The notes under the pieces: model-generated
Told to the model about the DNA's origin: nothing
Databases searched by the model: none
Seen by the model: only the letters and a program-made list of their open reading frames with translations
Position numbers and translations under genes: made by a program
Shown: one piece after another, positions 28,008 to 37,861 of the stretch
How positions within the stretch are numbered: position 1 is the stretch's first letter
How the letters are laid out: every line of letters starts with the position of its first letter
From: Candidatus Poribacteria bacterium
GTDB lineage: Bacteria > Poribacteria > WGA-4E > WGA-3G
NCBI GenBank assembly: GCA_965205015.1
Contig: OZ242029.1
Coordinates: 4,256,001-4,320,000, forward strand
DNA: 64,000 bases
Direction of reading: 5' to 3'

Positions 28008-29018
28008 TTAACGCCTTGCGACGAGTTCAGGGTGTGCGCCTTGCATACGGAGTGGCGGTAACCCCGCCACAATAGCTTCAACGTCATCTGTAACCATTCT
28101 CCCAATGTCGAAAAGGGCGTGATCAATGGCACCCGCCATGTGACAGGTGAGTATCGTATTTTCGGTCTCTCGGACGGGATGATCGGGCGGAGGTGGTTCT
28201 TCAGGATAGACATCAATCGTCGCTCGAAATCTGCCTGCGTTTGTCAGTTCAAGGAGCGCGTCGAAATCGACAAGATGTGAACGGCTTGCTAAGACCAGTA
28301 CGGCTCCTGGTTTAATCTGTTCCAATTTCTCGTGGGTAAGCAGCTCCCTATTTTCCTGTGTTGGAATCGCTAAAACGAAGGTGACATCGCACGTTTGCAG
28401 CAGTTCCGCCAGTCCCATCGGATTTATGCCCTGTTGTTGTAGGTGTGTGTCAGGAAGCCATGGATCGTAGGCGTGGAGTTCACATTTGAAGGGTGCCAGC
28501 AACAGTCGCAGTTCTCGCGCGAGGTTTCCATAGCCGATGATACCCACCGTTGCATTGTAGAGTGTGCAAATCTCGGCTTGCCCGCGCCATCCCCAGTTCT
28601 CTTCACCACGACGCATTCTCCGATCCGCATCAACGATATTCCGTAGGGCAGCCAAGGCATGTCCCAACGCCATCTCAGCCACCATTTTGGCGAAGGCAGG
28701 GGCGCAACTCAGCACCCGAATACTCCGTTTGAAGCAGGTTTGGTAATCAATTTGTTCTTTCCTCGGGTGTGCACCGCCGACCTCCATAATTGCCTTTAGA
28801 TGTGGTGCAGCACTTTCGTCAACATCTCCGACCCCGTGGCTGGGGATACCGATGAGAATGGATGCCTCTTTCTTGGCTTCGGTCCATGCCTCTTCGGGCA
28901 TCTGTTCGTCTTTACCCCATATCACTTCAACGGTATTCCCGAGCCTTTGTAAATCTTCTTGTGTGAAAATTGTGTCGAGTTGTCGCACTGGACGCGTATG
29001 TAAAATCGCTTTTAGCAT
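28008..29018 (-). CDS. D-isomer specific 2-hydroxyacid dehydrogenase family protein
   Basis: VGIIGYGNLA, YDPW, SRSHLVD, DVYPEEP, HMAG; RBS before ATG 29018. Confidence 0.88.
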   Translation of the reverse strand: MLKAILHTRPVRQLDTIFTQEDLQRLGNTVEVIWGKDEQMPEEAWTEAKKEASILIGIPSHGVGDVDESAAPHLKAIMEVGGAHPRKEQIDYQTCFKRSIRVLSCAPAFAKMVAEMALGHALAALRNIVDADRRMRRGEENWGWRGQAEICTLYNATVGIIGYGNLARELRLLLAPFKCELHAYDPWLPDTHLQQQGINPMGLAELLQTCDVTFVLAIPTQENRELLTHEKLEQIKPGAVLVLASRSHLVDFDALLELTNAGRFRATIDVYPEEPPPPDHPVRETENTILTCHMAGAIDHALFDIGRMVTDDVEAIVAGLPPLRMQGAHPELVARR

Positions 29019-29050
29019 TATTGATCCTTTCTTTTTTTGGGGCATTATAC

Positions 29051-30414
29051 CGTCACTTACCCCCATTTTTTTTCGAGAGTAGATTGTAGTTGATGTAGTC
29101 AGGTTTTTCTGTGAGAAAGTCAGTCAGTGAGTGGGTCCGAAAAGTGGATCCCCTCTGGCACCTATCTCGGTGAAAAAGGAGATAAGAAAGTGTTGGTTCC
29201 ATAAGTCGGTGAGCACGCGTTTGATAATAGTAATAACAGAAAAAGTTTTTCTGTTATTACTATTATATGCCCTCTGCCAATGCGTAGAGGCGACCTTCTC
29301 GTAACTGATAAACAGCAATCCATAAGCGAGGCAGGCACATAACCAAAGGACCTCCAGACGCGCTTGTGTCGGTTTTTTCAAGACGAGTTTACCAAATCCG
29401 AAGCACGACTTTATATCTCGAAACCCGTGTTCAATCTGCATGCGGCGTTTGTAGCAGTGATGTATCTGATGTCCACTGAGGCGATTGGAGATAAGATACA
29501 TCGGGTCTTTGAAGGTCTCATCTCTGAGGATATAGAGTTGAAGCGGTATCTGCTCCTGCGCCTGATAAAGGATATGCCGATACCAGCCCGCTTCGAGGTC
29601 ATCAAGTTTCTTCAGACTCCCATCATGCCGGATACCGACATTTCTCGCAACACGCATCACGAACGGGATATCCCGTGCCTTGAGAAACTTGATGACGTAT
29701 CGCGCACGCCCAAAACCACGGTCAAACACCAGAACAGGTCGTTGTTGATGCCGCGACACCACCCCTAAAGCCTCTTGATAAACATGGACACAGAAGTATT
29801 GGATAATCTCATTATGACTCTTATAGATACCCTCGTGAAGCTGGTGATCGCTATAGATGAACCAAAAGACAGGGATCGCACGATGCCGAAACGGGATCGA
29901 AACAACAAGGGCTTTCCACCCGGCAATCAGAGACGTCTCATCAACGAGCAAATACAGATGAGCACCCGCATCCTTGAAAAACCAACCCACAACCGACACG
30001 AACCACGCTTCTTTGAGCGCATCAATCGGCAGTGGGGTGTCAAGGAAACGCAGAAACCTTTTCTGTTTCGACTTCTCCCGCTTGACGACGAGCGACAAAC
30101 GCGACGCAACTTCATTGATCCGAAACGTCGGGGCAACACTGATCGCTATCAAGACCAATACCAGATTCCGAAAAACCGGTTTTTTCATACCAACAGACTT
30201 GAAGATTTCTCCAAAACGTGTTATCATCGTTTCTGGATTTACCCGTTTTGGGTATCTCTTTTTCATAAAATACCTCCTTACATGTTTTGTAAAATGCGTT
30301 TACAAACAGTTGCTGTAAGGAGGTATTTTATCATAAACCCACTGAGTTTCTCACACTTTTTACAACTAAAACCTTTCACCACAAACCTTCAGAAAAAAAT
30401 GGGGGTAAGTGACG
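29051..30414 (-). mobile_element. IS4-superfamily (DDE) insertion sequence, 1364 bp
   Basis: Perfect 22-bp TIRs cgtcacttacccccattttttt (29051-29072 / 30393-30414); flanking direct repeat cattatac (29043-29050 / 30415-30422), or 10 bp if the ends are read one base inward. Confidence 0.93.
29124..30266 (-). CDS. DDE transposase (IS4-like)
   Basis: LLVDET, VFDRGF and Y..RMQIEHGFRDIKS (YREK-like signature). Confidence 0.92.
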   Translation of the reverse strand: MKKRYPKRVNPETMITRFGEIFKSVGMKKPVFRNLVLVLIAISVAPTFRINEVASRLSLVVKREKSKQKRFLRFLDTPLPIDALKEAWFVSVVGWFFKDAGAHLYLLVDETSLIAGWKALVVSIPFRHRAIPVFWFIYSDHQLHEGIYKSHNEIIQYFCVHVYQEALGVVSRHQQRPVLVFDRGFGRARYVIKFLKARDIPFVMRVARNVGIRHDGSLKKLDDLEAGWYRHILYQAQEQIPLQLYILRDETFKDPMYLISNRLSGHQIHHCYKRRMQIEHGFRDIKSCFGFGKLVLKKPTQARLEVLWLCACLAYGLLFISYEKVASTHWQRAYNSNNRKTFSVITIIKRVLTDLWNQHFLISFFTEIGARGDPLFGPTH

Positions 30415-30504
30415 CATTATACCACATTAACAGAATTGTGCTTGCGTTATTTTTTTCCGACGTTATACTGAAAAAAACGCAAAACAACGAAATAAGGACT
30501 TAAC

Positions 30505-32553
30505 ATGCAGTACACATCACAGCAAAATGATTGGTTGATTCACCCGTTTCCTCAGCCTGCTTCGGTAGAAGAAACGGACAATCGACTTATTCTCGGTAAT
30601 GGTCTCATTAAGCGGACATTCGTCACTTCACCTAATTTCGCAACAGTCGATTATACCAATCAAATTACGGGTAGCAGTCTCCTCCGTGGCATCAAACCAG
30701 AGGGGATGCTTACGATTAACGGACACCCGTTTGAGGTGGGTGGGCTGAAAGGACAGCCTGATTACGCTTATCTTGATTCGGATTGGATTGCGGATTTGAG
30801 CAATGACGAGGAGGCATTTCAGTTTCGTGAATATCAAGTCGGTGAACCTGATATCCGCTACCCGTGGGTACGCAGACGTTCTGCTACATCATCAGTGTAT
30901 CCTCCAGAGGGTGTGACACTGACGGTTGTGTTCTCACCGCCACCGTCCCTTAGTTCTCTTCGGGTTTGTGTGCATTATGAACTATACTCTGGCATTCCAG
31001 TGCTGTCCAAGTGGATTACTATTCGCAATGAGAGTCAAAAACCGATTCAACTTGATGCGTTAAGCTGTGAAATCCTTGCGGTCAACGAGCAGGAGAAACA
31101 TCGGCTGTATGTCGAGAGTGATTATGCCTTCAGTGGAATGGAAACGACACAGTGGGGACCGGATGCGGATTACAAGACGCAGGTCGATTATCACTACCAG
31201 ATGCCGCTGTTAATGACAAGTTGCTATCCACTCGGTCCGGGAATACTTCTTCAACCGGGGGAGACATTCAAGAGTTTTCGCACCTTCGAGATTCTGCATG
31301 ACAGTGATGATCGTGAGCGAAAGGGACTCGCACGCCGTAAGATGTATCGCACGGTAGCGCCACAGGTCACGGAGAATCCAATCCTCATGCACGTTCGGAG
31401 TGCTGAGCCCGAAGCGGTCCGTTTGGCGATCGATCAGTGCGCCGAAGTCGGATTTGAAATGGTAATTATGACCTTTGGGAGTGGGTTCAATATTGAGAGT
31501 GAAGACCCGGAATACATCGCCGCAATGAAGGAATTGACCGATTATGCACACGGCAAACGGATTCAAATCGGGGGTTATACGCTGATGTGCGCTTCGCGGG
31601 ATGTGGGTGCAGACTTCAACTGTATTGATCCAGACACTGGGAAACCCGGAAGTCGATTTGGACAGAGTGCTTGTCTGGCGAGCAGATGGGCAGATGGCTA
31701 TTTCCAGCGAGTGCTGAATTTCATGGATGCCACTGGAATGGATGTCATAGAGACGGATGGTCCTTATCATGGTGATGTCTGTGCAGCAACGACGCACGAA
31801 CACCATAACGGCTTGGCAGACTCGCAGTTGCGTCAGTGGGAAGCGTGCGTGCGTTTTTACCACGAATGCCGAGCACGCGGTATCTATATCAATTCGCCGG
31901 ATCAGTATTACCTCAACGGTTCAAACAAGTGCGGTATGGGGTATCGTGAAACGAACTTCAGTTTACCCCGTGAGCAGCAAATTCTTATTGCTCGGCAGAA
32001 TATCTACGATGGGACTTATGAAAAGACACCCAGTATGGGGTGGATGTTCGTTCCATTGGTAGAGTATCACGGCGGTGGAGCAGCCGCAACATTTGAACCG
32101 CTTTGTGAGCATCTCGATGACTATGAATCCCATCTATCACAGAATTTCGGTAGTGGCGTGATTGCATGCTATCGCGGTCCCCGACTTTTTGATACTGAGC
32201 AGACGAAAGCGGTGGTTAAGAAATGGGTTGACTTCTACAAAAAGTATCGTCCAATACTGGAGTCTGACCTGATTCACGTGCGTCGTCCGGATGGTCGCTC
32301 TATTGATTGTATGCTTCACGTCAATGCGCAAATCACTCCCTGTGGATTGGCGATGCTCTATAATCCGACGCGGACGGTGCAGCGGACCACTTTGAAATTG
32401 CCACTCTATTATACTGGAGTGTCTGAAATTGCGAAGATTCGTGAAGCGGAAGGGGCGTTCCAACAGTATAAAATCGACCGGAATTACAACGTTCAGATTC
32501 CAATTAAGATGGAAGCCAAGAGTGTTAACTATCTCGTTATCGAACCTGCTTAA
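30505..32553 (+). CDS. Alpha-galactosidase-like (clan GH-D) glycoside hydrolase
   Basis: N-terminal beta-sandwich then TIM-barrel pattern (IDQCAEVGFEMVIMTFGSGF, YAHGKRIQIGGY, ETDGPYHG); family recalled, not searched. Confidence 0.6.
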   Translation: MQYTSQQNDWLIHPFPQPASVEETDNRLILGNGLIKRTFVTSPNFATVDYTNQITGSSLLRGIKPEGMLTINGHPFEVGGLKGQPDYAYLDSDWIADLSNDEEAFQFREYQVGEPDIRYPWVRRRSATSSVYPPEGVTLTVVFSPPPSLSSLRVCVHYELYSGIPVLSKWITIRNESQKPIQLDALSCEILAVNEQEKHRLYVESDYAFSGMETTQWGPDADYKTQVDYHYQMPLLMTSCYPLGPGILLQPGETFKSFRTFEILHDSDDRERKGLARRKMYRTVAPQVTENPILMHVRSAEPEAVRLAIDQCAEVGFEMVIMTFGSGFNIESEDPEYIAAMKELTDYAHGKRIQIGGYTLMCASRDVGADFNCIDPDTGKPGSRFGQSACLASRWADGYFQRVLNFMDATGMDVIETDGPYHGDVCAATTHEHHNGLADSQLRQWEACVRFYHECRARGIYINSPDQYYLNGSNKCGMGYRETNFSLPREQQILIARQNIYDGTYEKTPSMGWMFVPLVEYHGGGAAATFEPLCEHLDDYESHLSQNFGSGVIACYRGPRLFDTEQTKAVVKKWVDFYKKYRPILESDLIHVRRPDGRSIDCMLHVNAQITPCGLAMLYNPTRTVQRTTLKLPLYYTGVSEIAKIREAEGAFQQYKIDRNYNVQIPIKMEAKSVNYLVIEPA

Positions 32554-32636
32554 ACGCAAGAGTTCGTGGCGGAAAATAGTGTAATTCGTGATAATATTGG
32601 GGTAATTAACCCCTGCATTCACAAATGGAGGTCAAA

Positions 32637-33404
32637 ATGAAAGGGATCCAATTAGCGAAATCAATATTGGTATACGGAACGCTGATCTGTATCAGCTTCA
32701 TGATGCCGAATTTAAGTTCTGCCAAGCTTGATGCGGACACCCTGTTGGGAATATGGTTCTTTGATGAAGGTAAAGGGGGTGAGGCAAAAGATTCTTCCGA
32801 GAACGGTAATGATGGAAAGATTGTTGATGCTCAATGGGTCGATGGTAAGTTTGAAGGCGCCTTAAAGTTTGAAGGGGGTGCGCATGTTGCTGTCGGTGAT
32901 TTTTCTGACTATGAAGATGAAGTGTCGATCGTTGCTTTTATTAAAACCCCTGCTGCCCCTGCATGGTCGGATATCATCGTAGGTCCCTGCGGCGATGTTA
33001 TTTTGACCCTAAGGGACCACAAATTAAATTTCGCTGGACAATGTGCCCAACCGATTCCCCATAATACGTGGTCCAAATCCTTGTTGAACGATGATAAGTG
33101 GCATCAGATTGCAGGTACTTATGACGGTAAGACAGTGAAGGTCTATGTCGATGGTGAGGAAGAAGCCTCTAATGCCGCCGCAGGTCCATTTAAAACGGGA
33201 CCGAAGTATATCGGCTCCAGAGACGATAAGCAGGAGGCTTTCACAGGGCTCATTGATGAGATCGCATTTTTCAATGTCGCACTCTCGGATGCGGATGTGA
33301 AAGCGATTGCAGACAGTGGATTATCTATCGCACTCGGTTTTGCCGCGATTTCTCCTCAAGCGAAACTGGCGACGGCTTGGGCGAAATTGAAGACGGAACA
33401 TTAA
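32637..33404 (+). CDS. Exported LamG-like jellyroll protein
   Basis: WFFDEGKG..AKDSSENGNDG, WHQIAGTYDG, FTGLIDEIAFFN; tail AISPQAKLATAWAKLK. Confidence 0.88.
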   Translation: MKGIQLAKSILVYGTLICISFMMPNLSSAKLDADTLLGIWFFDEGKGGEAKDSSENGNDGKIVDAQWVDGKFEGALKFEGGAHVAVGDFSDYEDEVSIVAFIKTPAAPAWSDIIVGPCGDVILTLRDHKLNFAGQCAQPIPHNTWSKSLLNDDKWHQIAGTYDGKTVKVYVDGEEEASNAAAGPFKTGPKYIGSRDDKQEAFTGLIDEIAFFNVALSDADVKAIADSGLSIALGFAAISPQAKLATAWAKLKTEH

Positions 33405-33472
33405 CTCGTTAAGGGTATCAACTTCGTTATTATATGTCGGCTCGGGTGGAGTCGTTAGGGGTGAACCAAACG

Positions 33473-34297
33473 TCAAAAATCGGAGGGTTTTGCAACGCGA
33501 CGCCAATGTTGACTGCACTCCAGCGGCCAATCGGTACAGATAGCGTCTATTTTGATAGCGCGGGCTTTGTCCCAGACGTCAGGTTGCTTCTCACTGATGT
33601 GCAAAGCGAGCCAGACTTGTTTACCGAGTTTATGCGCCTGTTCAACTGCTTCCGCATTTGGCATGAAATGTAACCATAAGCAGTCTGCGAGTGGGTCCTG
33701 CAGTGCTGCGACAAACTGGTCGGCTTCACTGTTATTTAGGTATACCGTAGTCTGTAACTTCGGATTGGCTTGTTTGAAGCGACGACTCGAATCACTGGGC
33801 TGACCGAAGGCGCAGAGTTGATTAAACAATCCGTATTTTTCGACGAGTTGCACGATGTTCTTCTCAATCCCCGGCGAGATGACTTTCATGTTCAGTGCGA
33901 TAGTCACTGGGGTTCTTTGACGCTCGCGAATAAGTTTGAATACCTCTTCTAATGTCGGTACTGTCTCTCCATTGAAACGCTGATCGAACCAACGTCCGGC
34001 ATCCAATCTGCGGATTTCCGCCAAGGTCATTTTGGGCACTTCACCGGTGCCGTTGGTCGTGCGGTCCACAGTCTTGTCGTGAATGACCACCAGGCGTTCG
34101 TCGCGGGTCTGGTAGACGTCCAATTCTATTGATAAGCCCAGCTCAATGGCGGCAGCAAAAGCAGGTAAAGTGTTCTCAGGCGCGTGCTCCACCAAACCGC
34201 GGTGAGCAAGCAAGATTGGATCCGCGACCGATGCCTCCACCGTTGGCTCTGGTGGCGCGGCGATCGCATACGTAAACATTAGCATGTTGAAAGGCAT
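33473..34297 (-). CDS. Glycerophosphodiester phosphodiesterase family protein
   Basis: AHRG...APENTLPAF, IELDV, VVIHD.TVDRTTNG, ICTDWP. Confidence 0.9.
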   Translation of the reverse strand: MPFNMLMFTYAIAAPPEPTVEASVADPILLAHRGLVEHAPENTLPAFAAAIELGLSIELDVYQTRDERLVVIHDKTVDRTTNGTGEVPKMTLAEIRRLDAGRWFDQRFNGETVPTLEEVFKLIRERQRTPVTIALNMKVISPGIEKNIVQLVEKYGLFNQLCAFGQPSDSSRRFKQANPKLQTTVYLNNSEADQFVAALQDPLADCLWLHFMPNAEAVEQAHKLGKQVWLALHISEKQPDVWDKARAIKIDAICTDWPLECSQHWRRVAKPSDF

Positions 34298-34466
34298 AAT
34301 TGACCTCCGACGGCAAATGATCCTTATCTAAATCATAACACGTTTAGCAAAGACGGTAAATAAAAAAGGTAGGTATTTTTCTGAACAAATTCAGCCCTTA
34401 TTTGCCTAATCTTGATAAAGAACGTATGCTTACCACACAAATTCCGAACGCGTAGAGAGGAAACAG

Positions 34467-36617
34467 ATGAAACGGAAACATGTTATTATACCCCTTTGCT
34501 TGTGTGTCTTGGTGTTTCCATTGGTGCTTGTTCTAAACACTTGGACGCAAGATAAGCTCTCACAGGAAGAGAAACGGTTTGATTTTGACCGAGACGGTGA
34601 GCTCAATGCCTCCGAAAAGGAGTTCATGGTGAGGGTGATGCGGCTGGAAGATGCCAGGGGCACCCAATTCAGTGAGAGCCAGATTCGCGAAATGCGCACC
34701 GGACAGCGAGATAGATCTCGCCGTAGAGGCGGAGGCGGGCGGGGACGCGGTTCAAGAGAGCCTACAGGACCGCGCCTGAATCCAGAGCAGGTCGCATTCA
34801 GGGACGGCACAGCTACTATTCCTGACAGAGAGACCTTTGAAAAGTTGTCGTATCAAGGCACAGAAGTCCGCATTGATACCCAACTTATCGGAATTGAATT
34901 TGTAAAATTTCAGATTGAAAATACACATACACAAACCCCTCAACTTTATTTTATGAATACAGAGACGCATCGTTCACATGGTGCCTTCATGCGCGTTGCG
35001 GGTTTGAGACGAGGGCAAGGACAGATGCGCGGGGTGTTGAGTTATCGTCCACTTTTCACGTCTCCAAATGGTGAACCCGGGGTCTATACCTTTGAGTTTA
35101 ATCCAAACGACGCATTCCCGTTTGAGGAGATCAAGCTTGCCCATGACCTGCTCGTGGCGAAGATGCCGATACTGAAAAACAGACTCGGTTATTGCCCATT
35201 GTGGGGGGCAGTCGGGATTTATGAACGGGAGAAAGCATTCTATGACGCAGCGGAATTCCCTGTTTACTTTGAGGATGATCTTTACGCGAACATCGGTTAT
35301 CTTCCCTTGAATCAGACGTCGTCATTTGGGCGGCTACGTCTGTTGGCGGTAGGTGAACGTCCTGCGGTTCGGGACATTGTTATCTGTAAGACATTACCAA
35401 ACGAGATGCCACGGGTTGCTGGGGTAATTACAGGTGTTCGGCAAACACCGCTTTCGCACGTCAACCTCCGGGCTATGCAAGACAAAGTCCCCAATGCCTT
35501 CATCACTAAGGCGTGGGAGAACAGTTCGATTGCACCGCTCATCGGTAAGTATGTCTACTATGCGGTGAACGCAGACGGCTTTGAAATTAGGGAGGCGACG
35601 CTTAAAGAGGTGGAAACCCACTTCTCTGATTTACGTCCTTCAAAGGTGCAAAAACCTGAACGCGACCTTTCTGTAAGGCGGATTCTACCGCTGGACGACA
35701 TCGGGTTTACGGACGCAGCGCGCTTCGGTGTGAAAACCGCGAACCTCGCAACACTGCGGACGTTCGGATTTCCTGACGGGACTGTTCCGAATGGGTTCGG
35801 GATACCATTCTATTTCTACGACGAATTCATGAAACACAACGGCTTCTATGATGACCTTGGAGGGCTACTCAAGGATACGGCGTTTTTAAGTGATCACGAC
35901 ACAAAGGCAGCTGAACTCAAAAAGTTTCGGACGGAAATTAAAAAGGGTGAGATGCCGGCGTGGATGATGGACGCGCTTTCAGAATTGCATAGTGCATTTC
36001 CAGAAGGGACATCTCTCCGGTGCCGTTCCAGCACTAACAACGAGGATCTCCCCGGTTTCAGCGGTGCCGGTTTGTATGATTCCTATACACACCATCCGCA
36101 TGAGGGACATCTCTCTCAGTCAATCAAACAAGTGTTTGCGAGTCTCTGGAATTTCCGGGCGTTTGAGGCGCGTGATTTCTATCGTATTGACCCTTTCGTT
36201 ACTGCTATGGGGGTGCTCGTCCACCCGAATTTTGAAGGCGAATTGGCGAACGGGGTCGCTGTAAGTGATGATGTTGTTTATCAGACGCAGGGGAATTATT
36301 ACCTCAACACCCAAGTCGGCGAAGATCTCGTAACAAATCCCGAGGCACAGTCCATTCCAGAGGAAATTTTGTTGGATTGGTGGGATAGTAATAATTATAG
36401 GATCATAACGACATCCAATCGAACGGCAGATGGCGCACGAATTCTAAAGGATGCGTATTTACGTCAACTCAGTTTCTATCTTGGAACGATACATAATAAA
36501 TTCAGCCGTCTCTACACCTCTGCTTCACGAACGAACGATTTCGCTATGGAAATTGAGTTCAAGATTACGAGCGAAGGCAAACTCGCGGTCAAGCAGGCGA
36601 GACCGTGGGCGCAGTGA
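34467..36617 (+). CDS. PEP/pyruvate-binding (PPDK_N ATP-grasp) domain protein with N-terminal anchor and EF-hand-like motif
   Basis: FGVKTANL, VPNGFGIP, RSSTNNEDLPGFSGAGLYDS, IEFK, KQARP; DFDRDGELNASE. Confidence 0.8.
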   Translation: MKRKHVIIPLCLCVLVFPLVLVLNTWTQDKLSQEEKRFDFDRDGELNASEKEFMVRVMRLEDARGTQFSESQIREMRTGQRDRSRRRGGGGRGRGSREPTGPRLNPEQVAFRDGTATIPDRETFEKLSYQGTEVRIDTQLIGIEFVKFQIENTHTQTPQLYFMNTETHRSHGAFMRVAGLRRGQGQMRGVLSYRPLFTSPNGEPGVYTFEFNPNDAFPFEEIKLAHDLLVAKMPILKNRLGYCPLWGAVGIYEREKAFYDAAEFPVYFEDDLYANIGYLPLNQTSSFGRLRLLAVGERPAVRDIVICKTLPNEMPRVAGVITGVRQTPLSHVNLRAMQDKVPNAFITKAWENSSIAPLIGKYVYYAVNADGFEIREATLKEVETHFSDLRPSKVQKPERDLSVRRILPLDDIGFTDAARFGVKTANLATLRTFGFPDGTVPNGFGIPFYFYDEFMKHNGFYDDLGGLLKDTAFLSDHDTKAAELKKFRTEIKKGEMPAWMMDALSELHSAFPEGTSLRCRSSTNNEDLPGFSGAGLYDSYTHHPHEGHLSQSIKQVFASLWNFRAFEARDFYRIDPFVTAMGVLVHPNFEGELANGVAVSDDVVYQTQGNYYLNTQVGEDLVTNPEAQSIPEEILLDWWDSNNYRIITTSNRTADGARILKDAYLRQLSFYLGTIHNKFSRLYTSASRTNDFAMEIEFKITSEGKLAVKQARPWAQ

Positions 36618-36637
36618 TTTTACTTTCCGCAACTACT

Positions 36638-36665
36638 GTAGGTGCGGTTTCCCAACCGCACCTAT
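36638..36665. repeat. GTAG-type REP-like hairpin or bidirectional terminator between convergent genes
   Basis: taggtgcggtt-tccc-aaccgcaccta perfect 11-bp stem. Confidence 0.7.
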
Positions 36666-36685
36666 TCCCAAGAAACTCTTGCCAT

Positions 36686-37723
36686 CTAATTCGCTTTTTT
36701 AAATTCACCCCAGGTTGTGATAAACCTATCTCGTGGTGTTACGCTTAGACTCGGTGCGAATTCTTCAACGGTTGGAAGAATCGCAGGTCCCAAGCCTTCA
36801 GCGACCCCGCCAACGGCATAGATTTTATTCTTCAGGTTCCCAGCTCCCAAGAAAACTCTCGCTGTTGGCATTTCTGGACTTTCCATCCATGTGTCAGTTG
36901 CTGGTTCGTATACTTCGACAGTTGCCAATCCGGGTCCTTGCACTGTAGATGTACCGCCCATAGCGTAGATCTTTGAACCTACTGCACTAACAGCCAGAGC
37001 CGTTCGGGCGGTCGGCATATCTGTTTTCTGTGTCCATGTACCTGAACTCGGATCGTATTCTTCAACCGTTTTAAGAACGGGTCCTTGCACGGCAGGTGTG
37101 CCACCAATGAGATATATTTTTTTGTCAATACTTGCGGCTGCCATTCCTGAACGTGGCGTCGGCATATCTGTTTTCTGCGTCCATGTGTCAGTTGCCGGAT
37201 CATATTCCTCAACAGTACCTAACACGGGTCCGACATTTTGGGCGATGCCTCCAATTGCGTAAATTTTATTTGATATGACAGTCGCTGCAAAAAACGAGCG
37301 TGGCGTCGGCATATCTGTTTTCTGCGTCCATGTGTCAGTTGCCGGATCATATTCTTCGACTGTTCCAAGTGCCGGCGATTGTCCGTTCCATCCCCCGATC
37401 GCATAAATCTTTCCATCAACTACGCATGTTACGACCCCCGCGCGTCCTGCTGGTAGACTCGCTTTCTGGGTCCACTCGTCCTTATCCGAGTCGTAAGCCT
37501 CAACAAAATCAACCGGTTCAGCAAGCATTCCACCGATAGTGTAAAGCTGATTATCAACGGTAGTTACGGAAAAAAAGAGCCTCGGAATCGGCATGTCTGA
37601 TTTTTGTGCCCAGTTTTCGGCGGTGGCACTGTACATCAAGATGAAGGTGAATAGAAGGGTGAACAGCCCACAACAATTAAAAAATGAAAATGCGTTTGAT
37701 CGTATTGTAATTTTTTTTCTCAT
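36686..37723 (-). CDS. Exported Kelch-repeat beta-propeller
   Basis: Six IYAxGG...VEEYDP..DTW...MPTPR repeats; tail SVTPRDRFITTWGEFK. Confidence 0.92.
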   Translation of the reverse strand: MRKKITIRSNAFSFFNCCGLFTLLFTFILMYSATAENWAQKSDMPIPRLFFSVTTVDNQLYTIGGMLAEPVDFVEAYDSDKDEWTQKASLPAGRAGVVTCVVDGKIYAIGGWNGQSPALGTVEEYDPATDTWTQKTDMPTPRSFFAATVISNKIYAIGGIAQNVGPVLGTVEEYDPATDTWTQKTDMPTPRSGMAAASIDKKIYLIGGTPAVQGPVLKTVEEYDPSSGTWTQKTDMPTARTALAVSAVGSKIYAMGGTSTVQGPGLATVEVYEPATDTWMESPEMPTARVFLGAGNLKNKIYAVGGVAEGLGPAILPTVEEFAPSLSVTPRDRFITTWGEFKKAN

Positions 37724-37861
37724 TAAAACCTCAAAACTTACGAATTCCTGAACGGAATTTCTTTATTAAAGCTCGGTCGGTGTGATGCCTGCTAAGGGCA
37801 TTTTGTATGTGCATGGTGGATATCGCAATTGTTAAAAATGTGCCATCCTAAGAGTCCTCGT

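Noticed and set aside
29019-29066. Longer N-terminus for the dehydrogenase
   Set aside because: The upstream ATG at 29066 lies within the IS terminal repeat; the RBS supports ATG 29018
29775-30503. 242-aa plus-strand ORF
   Set aside because: Antisense shadow of the transposase that crosses the IS boundary; no motifs
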